Shown here: positions 44,058-59,210 of the stretch, piece by piece
How the letters are laid out: each line of letters begins with the position of its first letter
Position numbering within the stretch: the stretch's first letter is position 1
Assembly: GCF_009914755.1 (NCBI RefSeq)
Contig: NC_060937.1
Reading direction: 5' to 3' (one strand)
Length of the DNA: 64,000 nucleotides
Source: the human T2T-CHM13v2.0 reference genome, Homo sapiens
Translations under genes and position numbers: made by a program
The notes under the pieces: generated by a model
What the model saw: only the letters and a program-made list of their open reading frames with translations
The model's database searches: none
Told to the model about the DNA's origin: nothing

Positions 44058-46189
44058 TTAAAGAGTTTTAGTTTCAACAACTTTATTCCTTTTGATTGAT
44101 GAGATTTAATAAGATCTGTTGAACGTGTGAGGTTTTCTCTACTTTTGTGATTGTCCCTGGAGTGGAAGAGGCATGGCACCAAGACAGTAAAAAGGAGTCA
44201 TTGCCTTGATAAACGTTTGAGGTAGAGAAACTTGAACTTTTTTTTGTAGAAAAAAGTACCCTATTTCAGATTTTTTACATCTTATTAAGTGACTAATTTT
44301 TTGAAAGCATGATTTATTTCTGGTACTTCTACAAAGACAGCAATTTAGAAAGCTAACATTTGTTAGCCTCAAAATTAGTCTTCCATTTTACATTTTAAAA
44401 ATACTTCAGTGTTGTGCTCTTTTTGAACATTTCGTGTTCACGTTTCTGGCTACAGTGTTCTCTAAAGGGAATGTGGTTTTATAAGGATTATCTTGGCAGG
44501 GATATGGAAGAGAATTAAGATTGTCATCCTTATTCTGGGGCTTGGACAGTATGTTCTTTATAGAACTGTGATAATACAAATGCAGTTCTAAGTTGCTATT
44601 AGTTATAATACACTATAACAATTTTTTGCTTCTTAACCTCATTATTTCTGTTTCAAGTCATTGTTCCTTGATTCTCTTTGCACCATTCTGTGCCTTAATT
44701 TCCTCATTTATGAAATAAGGATAATTTATTGACATTTATATATAAATATGAATACATTTAAACACTTAGAACAATGCTCAGTATATAATGAATGCTCAAA
44801 TATTAGCTGTTGTTGTTAATATTACACCTTATTTTTAAACACTTTAGGTTTTAAGTTTATTTTAAGGCAAGTGCATGCATTTTAGCTCAATCTGGATGTA
44901 TATCACTTGGTAAAATTCAGCCAGTAGGGATTTTTATGTTAAATGTTTCTCAATTGCCTGCATGACCAAGAAAAAAGCTCTAGAATTCTTAGTAGTTTAT
45001 CTCCTCTGAGGAGTCTTATGTATTTGTTATTTCTAGTCATTAAAGCAGCAGTTCTACAAGTGGGTTCCTTGGATCTCTAGGAAGTCATAAATAGTAGCAG
45101 GGGCTCTGTGACTGCTGTGACATATTTAAAATGTTAGATGTATGTTGTATATGTGCGTTCTTTTCTATAGGATGGTACCAGAGCTTTCATTGGAATCTCA
45201 GAGGAATCTGTGGCCCAGAAAAGCTACAGAACCACTACCCTAGTTTTAACCTTGGTTGGTCATGAACCTGCCAAAGTATAAGTGACTAAGCCATTTTACA
45301 GGGAGTAAGCTGTTGATTTTACATTGAAATATAAATGAAGTAGGCATTATCTGGGATATTTCTACATTTTCTATCAAGTATAGAACTGTACCTGCTTTTC
45401 TAGGCTCTTTGTTTCTTTTTATTAGTGCACAGGTCTATAAAATGTAGAGTTTGTAAGGAAACTTGAAACCACATTTTAGTTCAGTGTGTTAGGAGTTTTA
45501 GTTTTAATAACTTTACTCCTGTTAATGTGATTTTGCTGGTTTTTGAGAGGTCTCCTTTGAGCCCATTTTCCTAATGATTGAATTTGGCACACTGGGTATC
45601 TTTTAGGGAGAGCGAATTAGAGGAGACTAATGATTAAGTTATACAGTGTTTTCTCATTAATTAAAATAATCTGCATGTCATCAACATTTTATGAACTCAG
45701 TTAATTTCTTTCTAATTCAGTGTTCCTGTCTGAGAGAATATATTTTATTTTTATGGGCTATTTTGGGTTACCCTTTCTTCCACTTCTGCTTTCCTCTATG
45801 AAATTCAAAATGATCTATTAATATTTTTCTGTTATTTTCATGGAGCTCGCTTATCCATTACCCTTATCTCTGTGGAAATACCTCATGTGTTTGGCCTTAC
45901 ATTTCCCTGCCTTGGGTCTTCAGTTTAGTATTTGTATTTACTATTTATTGGTAACCATAGATCATTTCTATTTTTCCTGCCTTTGGCATCCTCTTTGGCA
46001 TTCCTACTTTTATTCAAAGTTAGATTTTCTTCTTTTTTTTTTAGAGGCAGTGTCTCACTGTGTTGCCCAGGCTGAACTTCTGGGCCCAAGTGATCCTCCC
46101 ACCTCAGCCTCCTGAGTAGCTGGGACTACAGGCGTGCACCACCATGTCTGGCTCTTAGATATTATTATTTATAACTGCCAACTCTAGAC

Positions 46190-47665
46190 AAAAATGTTCA
46201 TTCATCTGTTCAATAGATATTTTTGGTGCTAAGCCCTGTGCTAGAATAAGATTAGCCTCCTGTGCACTGAGGCAACTGGTAAGTGAATAAATGCTACAAA
46301 TGCTCTAATGGAGATATGTACAAAGAGGAAAAAAGCATGTGTACTTTGCCTGAGGGAACTGGCTTCAGAAGTGGAGATAATATTTGAGCTGGACCTTGAA
46401 GTATATGAATAGGATGAAAGATAGTGAGGATAAATTCATTTTTCTAGCCTTCAAGGATCCAATTCTTCACTTGGCATTCTTTTACCTGTCATCCTCTGTC
46501 ATAGCTATCTAAAAGTTCATTAAATAAAAATTCATTAAAGCAAAAAACTTAGCTGTGGATGTCACAGACTAGGTTAGAGATGAAAAAAGTTTTAATTGGT
46601 GCAATGGGAGTGGAAAAGATAGAACATGGGATAATAGAGGTAATTTTTTTTTAATCTTTTTTGCCATCAGGTAAGTCGACCAGAATTAGAGGTTATTTTG
46701 ACAGCTTTTGGTGATGAATCGGCTGTGAGGAAATTGGAAGATTGAGAAGCCTAGAGTGGTTTCCGTGCTTTTTTTGGCCTGAGCATCTGGAGGGATAGTG
46801 AAACCATTACTGAATTAGAAAATATTCAAAGAAATGGGCAGGCTTAGAGCTGATAACGCAGTGACTTTTTTGCTTTCATTTTTCATTATCTTTGACGCCT
46901 TTGTAGCAGTTCATTAATTCAATAAATTAACATTTGTGCCTGGTTTTTTCAGGCCCCCTTTTAGGCTTGGGATGCTTTAACAAGCAAAGGCTTAGCCCTT
47001 GTGGTGCTTACATTTTACTAAGAGGAGACAACAGTAAACATAAGTAAATTATATTGCTGGCTAGAAGTTGATAAATTTTCTGGGAATAAAGTGGGAAGTA
47101 GGCTCGGGAGTATCAGGTTGGGGGTGGGACCTCATTGAGAAGGTGAAATTTGAACAGTCTTGAAGGAGGCAAAAGGGGTAGCCATGTGGAGTGAGTTAGC
47201 CAGCTAGGAGTTTTTAAGGCAGACAGAGAACAGTAATGACTAATGCTCCAAGTTGGGAACAAGACTGGCATGTTCACGGAGTGGCCAAGAGGTCAGTGTG
47301 GATAAAGTAGATGAGCAAGGGGGAAGAGTAGTGGGCTAATTAGGTTAGGGAAGAAGGGTGGATGTTGGCAGTGGCAGATCATGAAAAGATTTCTAAACTA
47401 TAAAAAGTATTTTGGATTTTACTTTTAGTGAAGTGGGAAGTCACTGGAGAGATTTAAGCAGAATAGTGATATAATTTGATTTACATGTTAAAGACCTACT
47501 CTGACTGGTAGGTTGAGAAGAGACCATGGAGTCGGGGCAGGGCTGGAACCGGGAGGCTCTTATAGTAATCCAGGGGAGACATGACAGAAGCTTGGATTAG
47601 AGTGGTAGCAGTGACAGAGATCTACTCACTCACCTGATATCCAGCTTTATATCTTTAGTTGTGTT
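46190..47665. mobile_element. L2 fragments
   Basis: ttcattcatctgttcaatagatattt; tcattaattcaataaa...tgtgcctgg; gtgaagtgggaagtcactggagagatttaagcag. Confidence 0.6.
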
Positions 47666-48151
47666 AACAGACAGTCCACTTGGATTCTTTTTTTGGTGGG
47701 GAGAGATGGGTCTCATCCTGGGCTCAGGCAGTCCTCCCACCTCAGCCTCTCGAGTAGCTGGAACTACAGTCGCATGCCACCATGCCTGGCTAGTTTTTTA
47801 TTTTTTTGTTTTTTTTTGTAGAGACAGGGTTTCGCCATGTTTCCCAGGCTGGTCTCGAACTCCTGCGTGCAAAGCTGTCCACCTGCCTCGGCCTCCCAAA
47901 GTGCTGGGATTATAGGCATGAGCCACTGTGCCCAGTCTGCCACTTGGATTTGTTACCTGAAACCAGGAAATAGAAAATCAAATTTCATTTATCCATTTCC
48001 TTTTTCTCTATATATCCATGTTTCTGCCAGTGATACATTATTCTTCTATTGTCTTGGCCATAATAATTCTTAGCCTCCTCTTATTTCTCGTATTTGGTCA
48101 TTTTGTTGTTTCTGTAGTAGGAATCACATATACACATTTCTGGATACCACT

Positions 48152-48511
48152 TGATATGGTTTGTCTCTGTCCCCACCCAAATCTCATCTTGAATTTTAGC
48201 TCCCATAATTCCCACATGTTGTGAGAGGGACCTGGTGGGAGATAATTGAATCATGGAGGCAGCTTCCCCCATACTGTTCTTGTGGTAGTGAATAAGTCTC
48301 ATGAGATCTGGTGGGTTGATAAGGGGTTTCCCCTTTCACTTGGCTCTCATTCTGTCTTGTCTGCCACCATGTAAGACATGCCTTTTGCCTTCTGCCACAA
48401 TTGTGAGGCCTCCCCAGCCATGTGGAACTGAGTCTGTTAAACTTCTTTTTCTTTATAAATTACCCAGTCTTGGGTATGTCATTATCAGCAGTGTGAAAAC
48501 AGACTAATACA
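48152..48511 (+). mobile_element. THE1 (MaLR) solo LTR
   Basis: TGATATGGTTTG...CCCACCCAAATCTCATCTTGAA...ACTAATACA; 5-bp TSD CCACT on both sides. Confidence 0.92.
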
Positions 48512-49325
48512 CCACTTAATCCAAAGCAACCCTCTGAAAACTCCACCCATCATCCCCAGCCTTTTTCCAGCCCCATCTGTGAAAATCTCTTACCTTTACC
48601 ATACTTTCCTGCACAGTGACCTCTGTTTTTCCCCTTCTTTTTCCTCTGTCAGGGATTTGTCTTCTATAGTCATAATCAGCCTTCTCTTTCTGATCCAGCC
48701 TTTGTTGATTCTTCCTTCATTTAGACTTGTATGGCAGTAGGTTAGCTCGTTTTGTCCCATTATTAAACCTTGTGGGCAGAGGACTGTATCTCATGGTTAT
48801 CTCCACGGTGCCTAGTATAGCATTGAGCACATCTGTGGCTTGGGATTGAGCACAGAGTGATGGGTTCATTAAAGCAAACATGTTGAAATCATTTATTTCC
48901 TCCTAAGAATTAGTAGTACTCTAATGGTACTTTTTAGAATGGTTTTCAAGTGAGATAGCTTGTTTTAGTTACTCACGGGATGGCTAGTCTCCCTTCAGAT
49001 ATTCTTGATTCAAAGTGGTTTTCTTAAGACACTTGAGGTTCAGAATCGAATATTCCTCACTTTATTTTTTGCTCATTATATTTTGGCACAGGTGATTTTT
49101 TAAACTTTCTCTTGGCTAATCAGATTAGCTTAGTACCATATTCTGTGACACTTGGTTAGCCACTCTACATATTGTCATGAGACATATTCCCCAGATAAAG
49201 TAGCAGCTGAGTTCACTGATGGTAGGTATTTACTTTCAAGCTTGAATTTGGTAACATGTACCAATTACACATATGACTAAGAACATACTAGTTTGTATTT
49301 GAAGAAGAATGTATAGCAATGGTAG

Positions 49326-49589
<264 letters not shown>

Positions 49590-50131
49590 TAGCAGAATAC
49601 ACCTGAGGTCAGGAGTTCAAGATCAGCCTGGCCAACATGACTAAAAATACAAAAAATTACAGACTACAGACGTGCGCCACCACGCCGGGCTAATTTTTTG
49701 TGTTTTTATTAGAGACGGGGTTTTGCCATGTTGCCTAGGCTGTTCTCAAACTCCTGACCTCAGGTAATCTGCCCGCCTCAGCCTCCCAAGTTCTGGGATT
49801 ACAAGCGTTGGCCACCATGCCTGGCCATGTTTTCATTTTTAAGTTGGATTGTTGGGTGCTAATGGGAAACATTAATTTGGTGCATTTCCCTTATTTTTGG
49901 GGGAATATCATATCAGGTATATGATTTTGAGAGGTTTGAATTAAGCCTTCTTTATATGTGTGCTTATAAGCATTCAAAGTACTTTTTCATTGAACTTTTT
50001 TTCTTGTCACTGGTTTAAAACATGAATTACACTCTGTTTCCTGAATTATCACCAGCTGCATATGCAGTGGGACTTTCTGAGGCTTTATTTACCTTATCTA
50101 TCATAATTTAATTACTGTTGTCACTTTAATG

Positions 50132-51421
50132 GAGCATTTCTTAAACTTTTTGGTCTCAGGGCTCTTTTATACATTATGTGCTAACATTTTTATTTAAAAA
50201 TCGATTTTCCAAAAAAATAGTGGGAAGAGTGCCATTTTGCAGGCATCATTAATGTCTGACAGCTTAAGACAAGCTGGATTTTCATCTCTACTTCTGTATT
50301 CAATCTGTAAAGATCTGCTGTTTTGGTTGAAGTATCTGAAGAAAATCTACCTCTTATAAATACATAGTTGGAAAAGGGAGGAGTAATTAGTAGCATTTTC
50401 AGATAGTTGTGGACATTCTTTTGCTACTACACTAAAACTCTGCAAGTGGTAGTTTCTTAAAGGTCACTTGCAGTATAGAATCTGAAACTATTAGCAAACC
50501 TTTTCTACTCTCTTACATTAAATTCACAGGTCTGTCTTGTATTTGGAATGAATCTCTTACCCAGACATGATTTTGTAGCATCATACATCCATCATCTGGA
50601 GACTATTGGTTTCCTGAATTATGTAGTTCTTTTGAATGTTGACACGTTTCATTATAGAATATCAAAAATTTACATTCATTAGCATCACTACTGATTTTAT
50701 CAGAAAAGTTTTTAAATATAGGGGAGCTGTTAAGTTTATGGTGATAGGTACAAGTTCTTCAGACTTTAATTTTCACTTAAAAAGTTGAATTTTATTAATG
50801 ACAACAAATCCTGTCAGCTGTTTTTTTTTTTTTTAAAGGATGGGCTTTTTTCATTGATTTTTGAAAAAATATCTTTCAGATACCCAAATCTGAATAATTA
50901 TGCTTTGTCTGTCAGTCATTCTTTCAAGTAACAATGATCTTCCACAACAAAAGTAGCTAGCTCAGCACTCAACTCAAACAGTTGCAACTATGCTTTTCTT
51001 TGAGGCAATCATCTTATGTTAGTGTCCAGCAGAAGCATTTCATGTGCATTTGCCATTTGGTGTCACAGAATGTTAAAGGATGCATACTCAAGGGTTGAAA
51101 TTTAATAAAAACAGTTTTTACTGTTCATCAAGGACATTGTGAAGTGAAACAGACTTTTTAAAAAATTGCAAGTGCTAGGTGGTGAAGAATACACCTAGCA
51201 CTTTAGTGTAGTAGCAAAACAGTGATACAGTTTTGGTACCATTTGGCCTCAATTTGTGGTGGTACCAGTAGCCTTACCCACCGTTGCTTTTGCACTATTG
51301 GCAAATATCAACACAGTGAAAAAGGTAATTAAATATTTTAAGAAAATATTTTGACCTTGTGGACACCCAAATGATCTTGAGGACCCCTGGGGATTTATAG
51401 ACCATACTTTGAAGAATGCTA
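50132..51421. mobile_element. Charlie1a-like hAT DNA transposon
   Basis: starts ...TTCTTAAACTTTTTGGTCTCAGG and ends GACCATACTTTGAAGAATGCT (degenerate TIRs); degenerate 8-bp TSD ctttaatg / atttagtg. Confidence 0.7.
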
Positions 51422-51603
51422 ATTTAGTGTGTGGTAGTGTGAAAAGATTGCAAGCTCCATTTTAAAATACCTGGTGAAGTGTTGATCACTTTTTATTGGG
51501 ATGGCCTACCTAATAGAGACACTCCTCCCCCCAGTGCTTCTTAGGGGAACCTCATGCGTAACACTGAATTGCATGCCTGTTTCAGTGTTTATTGTTGGTT
51601 TTA

Positions 51604-51895
<292 letters not shown>

Positions 51896-53393
51896 TCAAA
51901 AAGAAAAAATGAATACAGTACATATTTTTTTAACCAGATTTGAACCACTTTTAAACTATTTCTTTTAGGTATAGTTTACACTTTTAGGTATTTATTCCAC
52001 TTCTGTTGGTGGATAACCTGTCTTAATAAATCTGTATTAAATAAGATAGTAAATACAACCTGTCTTTGTATTTACTATCTTATTTAATTCTCCTCACAAC
52101 TCCACGAGGGAGGGACTTTTAAAAAATCTTCATTTTGCAGATGATATGACAGAAGCTCTAAGAGATTGTGTGACTAGCCCCTATTTCCTGATATTTAGAA
52201 ATATATGTTAAAACAGTCTCTTTAAGTAGGTAATAGAAATCCTGCTAGGTCTGCCTGGATAGATGCTCTGTGGTGACTCCAGCTTGTCTCTTTCATCACT
52301 GCATTTCACAGGGCAGCCATCTTCAAGTCCCATTCACTTTGGCAGCTAGTGGTTCTTTCTCACTCCGCTAGTAAAGGCCCTATGGAAGGAGTAAGGAAGC
52401 TCTGTTTTTTGCTTACTCCTTTGAGTAACAGCCTTGCCACTGAACATTTGGAATCATACCAGCTTCTGACAATCTTATACTTGTGAGGAGGAACAAACAG
52501 GAACAAAAATATATGAGTTTAGTGTTTATTTCCTGAACTGCCACCAAGGTTGTGACTGACTGCAGAGATTTAGTTTTGTATTTTACTGCCAACTGCCTGA
52601 GCCAGGTCTGCTCTCTGAAAAGTTAAACCTAATAGCAGAAAATGTTCCTTTATTTAGTGGCCAGAAAGAGATTTGTAAAAGCAGTGTTTGCACTCTTCAT
52701 ATTCAGGTATTCATGCATAAATATGTGGTAGCTTTAATAATCTGAGGTTGGGATGAGGAGGATTAAAAGAAACCGCAGTGTAGGATAATATTAAGGTTTG
52801 GAATCACAAACTTATTAAAACTTATGATTTACTCTCCAGTTTTTAATTGTGAAATATTTCAAACCTACAGAAAAGTATAGTGAATAGTTTAACCTATGCC
52901 TAACAGCTGTATTTCATAAGTGTTGACATTTGCCATATTTCTTTAAAGCTAGAAAACATTTTAGATTTCTCCCCACCCCCCACCCCCTAACCCTTACCTC
53001 ACTTGCTAGAGGTAACTGTTGTCCTGGAGTTGGCGTGTATTATTGTGACTCATTATGACTAGTCTGCAATTCTCAAAACAAAATCTTTATAGTTTAACTG
53101 GTGGAAACTAACCAAGTTCCTTGGAGATGTGTTAGGCAATGTGCTCCAAATTTCTAACAATTGTGGAAGTCCAGTGTTTAGCTTGAGTAGAGATTTTTTT
53201 GTGTCATACCTGGAGAAAATGACAGGCTATACAAACATATTTCTCTTCTTCCTTTTGATTTTCTGTAGCTTCCAGTTTATAAAGTCGGTTCTTTGTTTTG
53301 ATTCATTGTATACTTAAGATCTTAGGAAGAACTTGGTTTCTTTGTAAAACCAAACCTAACTTAGTAAAATCAATTAAAATGTAAATTACTTCA

Positions 53394-53658
<265 letters not shown>

Positions 53659-55219
53659 TTAAAATACTTTAATTTTAAAAATTTCATTTCCTTTGGCTTT
53701 TTCAAATAACATTGCCACTATTTTTAAAAACCTCATTCAAGGTTATAGTAGCATGATTTTTTCTCTAGTTCTTTGAGCATAAGGGTACCATTATCAAAAT
53801 TTAAAGTGTAAAAAATGCCATGTAACTGATTTTTCCCTCTGCAGTATAGCATTACATTATAAAAACAGAGACAGGTTATTTGGTTGCCTTTGTATTTTTA
53901 TCACTTAGAAATGTAGTCTATTGAGGGCTGGATGTGGTGGCTCACGCCTGTAATCTCAGCACTTTGGGAGGCCAAGGTGGGCAGATCACTTAAGGCCAGG
54001 AGTTTGAGATCAGCCTGGCTGACCTGACGAAACCCCGTCTCTACTGAAAATACAAAAATTAGCCAAGTGTGGTGGTGCGCATCTATAATCCCAGCTCCTC
54101 AGCACACATCTGTAATTCCAGCCAGGAGTTCAAGACCAGCCCGGCCAACTTGGCGAAACCCCGTCTCTACTAAAAATACAAAAATTAGTCCAGCGTGGTG
54201 GCAGACACCTGTAATCTCAGCTACTTGGGAGGCTGAGGCACGAGAATCACTTGAACCCAGGAAGTGGAGGTTGCAGCGAGCCAGGATTGTGCTACTGCAC
54301 TCCAGCCTGGGCAACACAGTGAGACAGTCTCAAAAAAAAAAAAAGAGAAAGGTAGTCTGTTGATATGGTGATGGCACTAGTATAGTAATTCCCTTGGAAC
54401 AAAGAAGAAAAGAAGGTAAGACTTTAAAACTGACCTATTTTTTTAAAAAGCAATAAAACATGTCGATTTACTGAAGGTTTTCAAGTAAAGAAGTAGCAGC
54501 CCTAGTGGCCAGGTAGTGGCTCATGCCTGTAACCCCAGCACTTTGGGAGGCCAGGGTGAGTGGACTGCTTGAGCCCAGAAGTTAGAGACCAGCCTGGACA
54601 AAAGAGTGAAACCCTATCTCCACAAAAGATAGCTGGGTATGGTGGCATGCACCTGTAGTCTCAGCTATTTTGGAGGCTCAGGTGGGAGGATCACCTGTGC
54701 CTGGGATGTTGAGGCTACAGTGAGTACAGTGATTGTGCCACTGCACTCCAGTGTCAGTGACAGAGTGAGACCCTGTCTGGAAAAAAAAAATAGTAGTTCC
54801 TTCTCCCTCAGCATTACTAGTGTCACTTTTGGGGTACCCAGTGCTGGTAAAAAGGCTATACAACAAAAAGTTGCATCACAGCAGAATGGGAAGGGTTACC
54901 AAAAAATGGATTAGAGACCTACACTTGAACTGTGTTCTTGATTACGTTGGTTCTGATACAAAGTGCCTAGAACCATTTTACATTCTCATAACTATTTGTT
55001 TGGAAGAATTGAAGGAAGTTTTAATTATGGCATATAGATACACAATGTTTACATCTTTATTAAGCAATGATCTTGTTACGCTATAGCTGCTATAGCTGTT
55101 TTATTAAGCGGACAGATATAGGTAACCTGTTGAGCACTTATTTTATTTGCTATGATGAGCACTTACACAGTGTGGATGCAGAATCAATTTGTGAGGTACT
55201 AGGCAACATTAAGAAATAA

Positions 55220-55387
55220 AGAGAAATAGAATGGAAAAAATATATATAGATATCTATATATTCATATATATGTGGAATAGAATGGAAAAAACGGAGAAAT
55301 AGAATGGAAAAAATGTATATTTATATATAATATATACCCATTATCCATTAGATTTATATCTAAAATATATATATATATATATATATA
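55220..55387. repeat. Imperfect repeat of AATAGAATGGAAAAAA x3 with (TA)n tracts
   Basis: gagaaatagaatggaaaaaatatatat / gaatagaatggaaaaaa / gagaaatagaatggaaaaaatgtatat. Confidence 0.75.
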
Positions 55388-55887
55388 TTTTTTTTCTTTG
55401 AGACAAAGTCTTGCTCTATCGCCCAGGCTAGAGTATAGTAGCACAATCTCAGCTTAATTTAATTCTTTAAGTTCAAATTTAAAGATTCATATACAGTAAA
55501 GAGAAAAATGAAGTATAAAATTGAAGTGTGACCGATTTCTCAGCTGTATATTAGTAGAGAAGATTTACTTGTAGGATTTTTCATCAGGAAAGAAAATAAA
55601 CCTTTCTTTCCACTGCCCTCGCCCCCCCCCGCCGCCCGCTTTTAACCTTTTCATTCTGGAAAATTTCAAAACATATGCAAAAGTAGAGAAATAGTACAGT
55701 GAACTTCCATATACCTATCATTCATCTTCCTGTGAAGATGGCAAATAGTCATTCTTGTTTCAGCTATACCCCAGTCACTGCCTTTGTGTACCTCACAGGA
55801 TTATTTTAAAGAAAACCTCAGAGAGCATATCATTCCATCCTTAAATTCTTCAGTACATTCTTTTTTTTTTTTTTTTTTTTTTTTTGA

Positions 55888-56229
<342 letters not shown>

Positions 56230-57437
56230 TGATACCTAAAAAAATTAACAATTCCAAAATATCATGGTAGATCTAGTCACTGGGAACTATGTGATGCTTA
56301 AATTTCAGTGTTTTCTGATATTTTTTCCCTTTTAAATACATTCTGTTTTCTGGTTTATGGTCCAACTCTATCAGAAGTCACCATGGATTGCAGTTATATA
56401 GGTTATAGCATCCCCTGGTGAAGATGCACTTCGTCAAGTCATTCATGTTACTATGAAGACATGATGCAGTCTTTCTGCAGAACTGTTTGAGGGATTTGGC
56501 TGATAAGGAAATGACAGAATAGAAAATTATTTCTGGAATAGTACTGAGGTACTGATGTCAAACTGGAGCCAGTGTTAGGGAAAGTACGAAAGCTGTGTTC
56601 ACTGAGCTTCATATGGATTGTTTTCAGATTGCATCAAGTTAAAGTTAACAAGCAGATGAGTTTAGAAAGAAAATCTTGTCAATCCACTATGACCAGACTT
56701 TAGGGAATAGGGGGCTTTAAAATAAAAGTCAAAGTAAAATAGAAGTAGGTGGTATGAGAATTCGTATGATGAATGGAATAAAAAATGTTATTTAATGTAA
56801 TAGAGTGAATATGAATAGGGACTATATTGGTATATCCCAGTAGGGACATTATATACAACTTGTATACAAGCCTCAATTTAGAGTATGAATTTCTTCCCTG
56901 GAATATTGATAAATAATTGAGAAACCAATTTTGTCTTGAGTTTAAAATCTCTTGAAAGTTAGGTCCATTTATATATCTTTAATACAAAACTGACTAATTA
57001 AACATGTTTAAGTTCTGAAAGAAAACCTTATTCTTATATGTTCCTACCAGCCGTTAGACAGCTGTGGCCTGCCCAGAAGCGAAACTCTGGTAGTGGCCAG
57101 CACACTTTGAAAGACTGCTCTGTTTAAAAAGAAATGCAGTTGAAGTCTTTTTTTTTTTTTTTAAAGAACTTCGTGTATGTGTATCAGCCCACAAATTCTT
57201 GCTTATACAGACTGTATCATTAGCTATTTCAAAATAATAAAGGGTAAAAAGCCCTACAGACACATACTATACATACTATTTTACTATTTTTTTTTTTTTT
57301 TTTTTAAAGATGGAGTCTCGCTCTGTTGCCCAGGCTGGAGTGCAGTGTTGCAGTCTCGGCTCACTGCAACCCCCGCCTCCCTGCCTCAGCCTCCCAAATA
57401 AATGTTACTTCAGACTCCTGCCACCACACCCAGCTAA

Positions 57438-57632
<195 letters not shown>

Positions 57633-58260
57633 TAGTAGAGATGGGGTTCTACCATGTTGGCCAGGATGGTCTTGATCTCTTGACGTCGTGATCTGCCCGC
57701 CTGGGCCTCCCAAAAGTGCTGGGATTACAGGCGTGAGCCACCGTGCCCGGCCCCCCAGCTGATTTTTGTGTTTTAAGTAGCAATAGGCTTTCACCATGTT
57801 GGCCAGGCTGGTTTCAAACTCCTGACCTCAAGTGATCCTCCCACCTCAGGCCTCCCAAACCTCCCAAGTGCTGGAATTACAGGCATGAGCCACCACGCCC
57901 AGCCTCACTTGTTTCCCCCCAGTCTAAAAGAACCTTTCTTGAGAATATTTTATGGTTGAAAGTTGTGGCATTTTCTGTTGATAGAGGGAAAAAAAAGTAC
58001 ACCACCCAGTGTTGTTTACAGCTTCAGTTTCTTTTATATAGCTATGCAGAACTTAATGACTATGATGATTTGACACATTTTTTTCCTTACTGTATAATGT
58101 GTTATGTGTCAGACTTTTCTTGAGAGAAAGATCTGTACCGTTTAGCAAAGAAAAAAGTCTGGTTTAGAGCACTTCTCAACCCCTTTTCTGCTGCTTCTAG
58201 GTGAAGGCTGATGTGTCTTTACATTCACAAGTTTGGGACAGACTCCTATAGATTAGGGGC

Positions 58261-58665
58261 TGTGGCATAGATGCCCCAGGTGCTGTCAGTGTTCGCCCAT
58301 AGCCTCTCAAGGCCTTGCCGTTACTGTGCACACTAGCCAACTTTTACATCTCGGCACCTTTGTCTGCCTGAGAGCTTCTCTTGCTGCCAACTACTCTGCC
58401 TGCCTGGAGGGCAGGCCAGAAATGCCAGGATTTTAACACTCACTTTGGGAGTGGCGTTCAGCCAATATCTGCCAGGAGTTGTTAGTTGATAAACACCCAG
58501 CTCCTTTAATCCTCAGGTAGGGTGACTAAGGCACATATTAAGCAACAGTTGTCCTTAGTAGTATCCAGCTGGTACTGGTTTTCTACACTAATCATTTTAT
58601 AGGCTCATTTCTTCTTCCTCATTTTTCCAACCCTCAGTGTTTTCTGACAAATAAACTACCTGAAC
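58261..58665 (+). mobile_element. Old ERVL LTR (LTR16-like)
   Basis: TGTGGC start, AATAAACTACCTG near the end, general resemblance to the LTR16 group. Confidence 0.45.
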
Positions 58666-58833
58666 TTTATTTATTTATTTTTTTGAGACAGGTTTTCACT
58701 CTGTCACCCAGGCTGTAGTGCAGTGCCCCGATCTCGGTTCATGGCACCCCCTACCTCTGGGGCTCTAGTGATTTCCCCACCTCAGCCTCCTGAGTAGCTG
58801 GAGCTGCAAGTGTGTGCCACCACACCTGGCTGG

Positions 58834-59075
58834 CTTCCTTCCTTCCTTCCTTCCTTCCTTCCTTCCTTCCTTCCTTCCTTCCCTCCCTCTTTCCTTCCCT
58901 CCCTCTTTCCTTCCCTCCTTGCTTCTCTCCCTCCTTCCCTCCCTCCCTCCCTCCCTCCCTCCCTCCTTCCTTCCCTCCCTCCCTCCTTCCCTCCTTCCTT
59001 CTTTCCCTCTTTCCCTCCTTACCTCCTTCCCTCCTTCCTCCCTCCTTCCCTCTTTCCCTCCTTCCCTCCTTCCTT
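58834..59075. repeat. (CCTT)n/(CCCT)n polypyrimidine microsatellite, ~240 bp
   Basis: almost pure C/T tract replacing the A-rich linker of an antisense Alu. Confidence 0.95.
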
Positions 59076-59210
59076 GGTTTCACCCCGTTGCCCAGGCTGG
59101 GATTTCTCCATGTTGGCCAGGTTGGTTTCGAACTCCTGACCTCAAGTGATCCGATCGCCTCGGCCTCCCAAAGTTCTGGGATTACAGGCGTGAGCCACTG
59201 TGCCCGCCCC

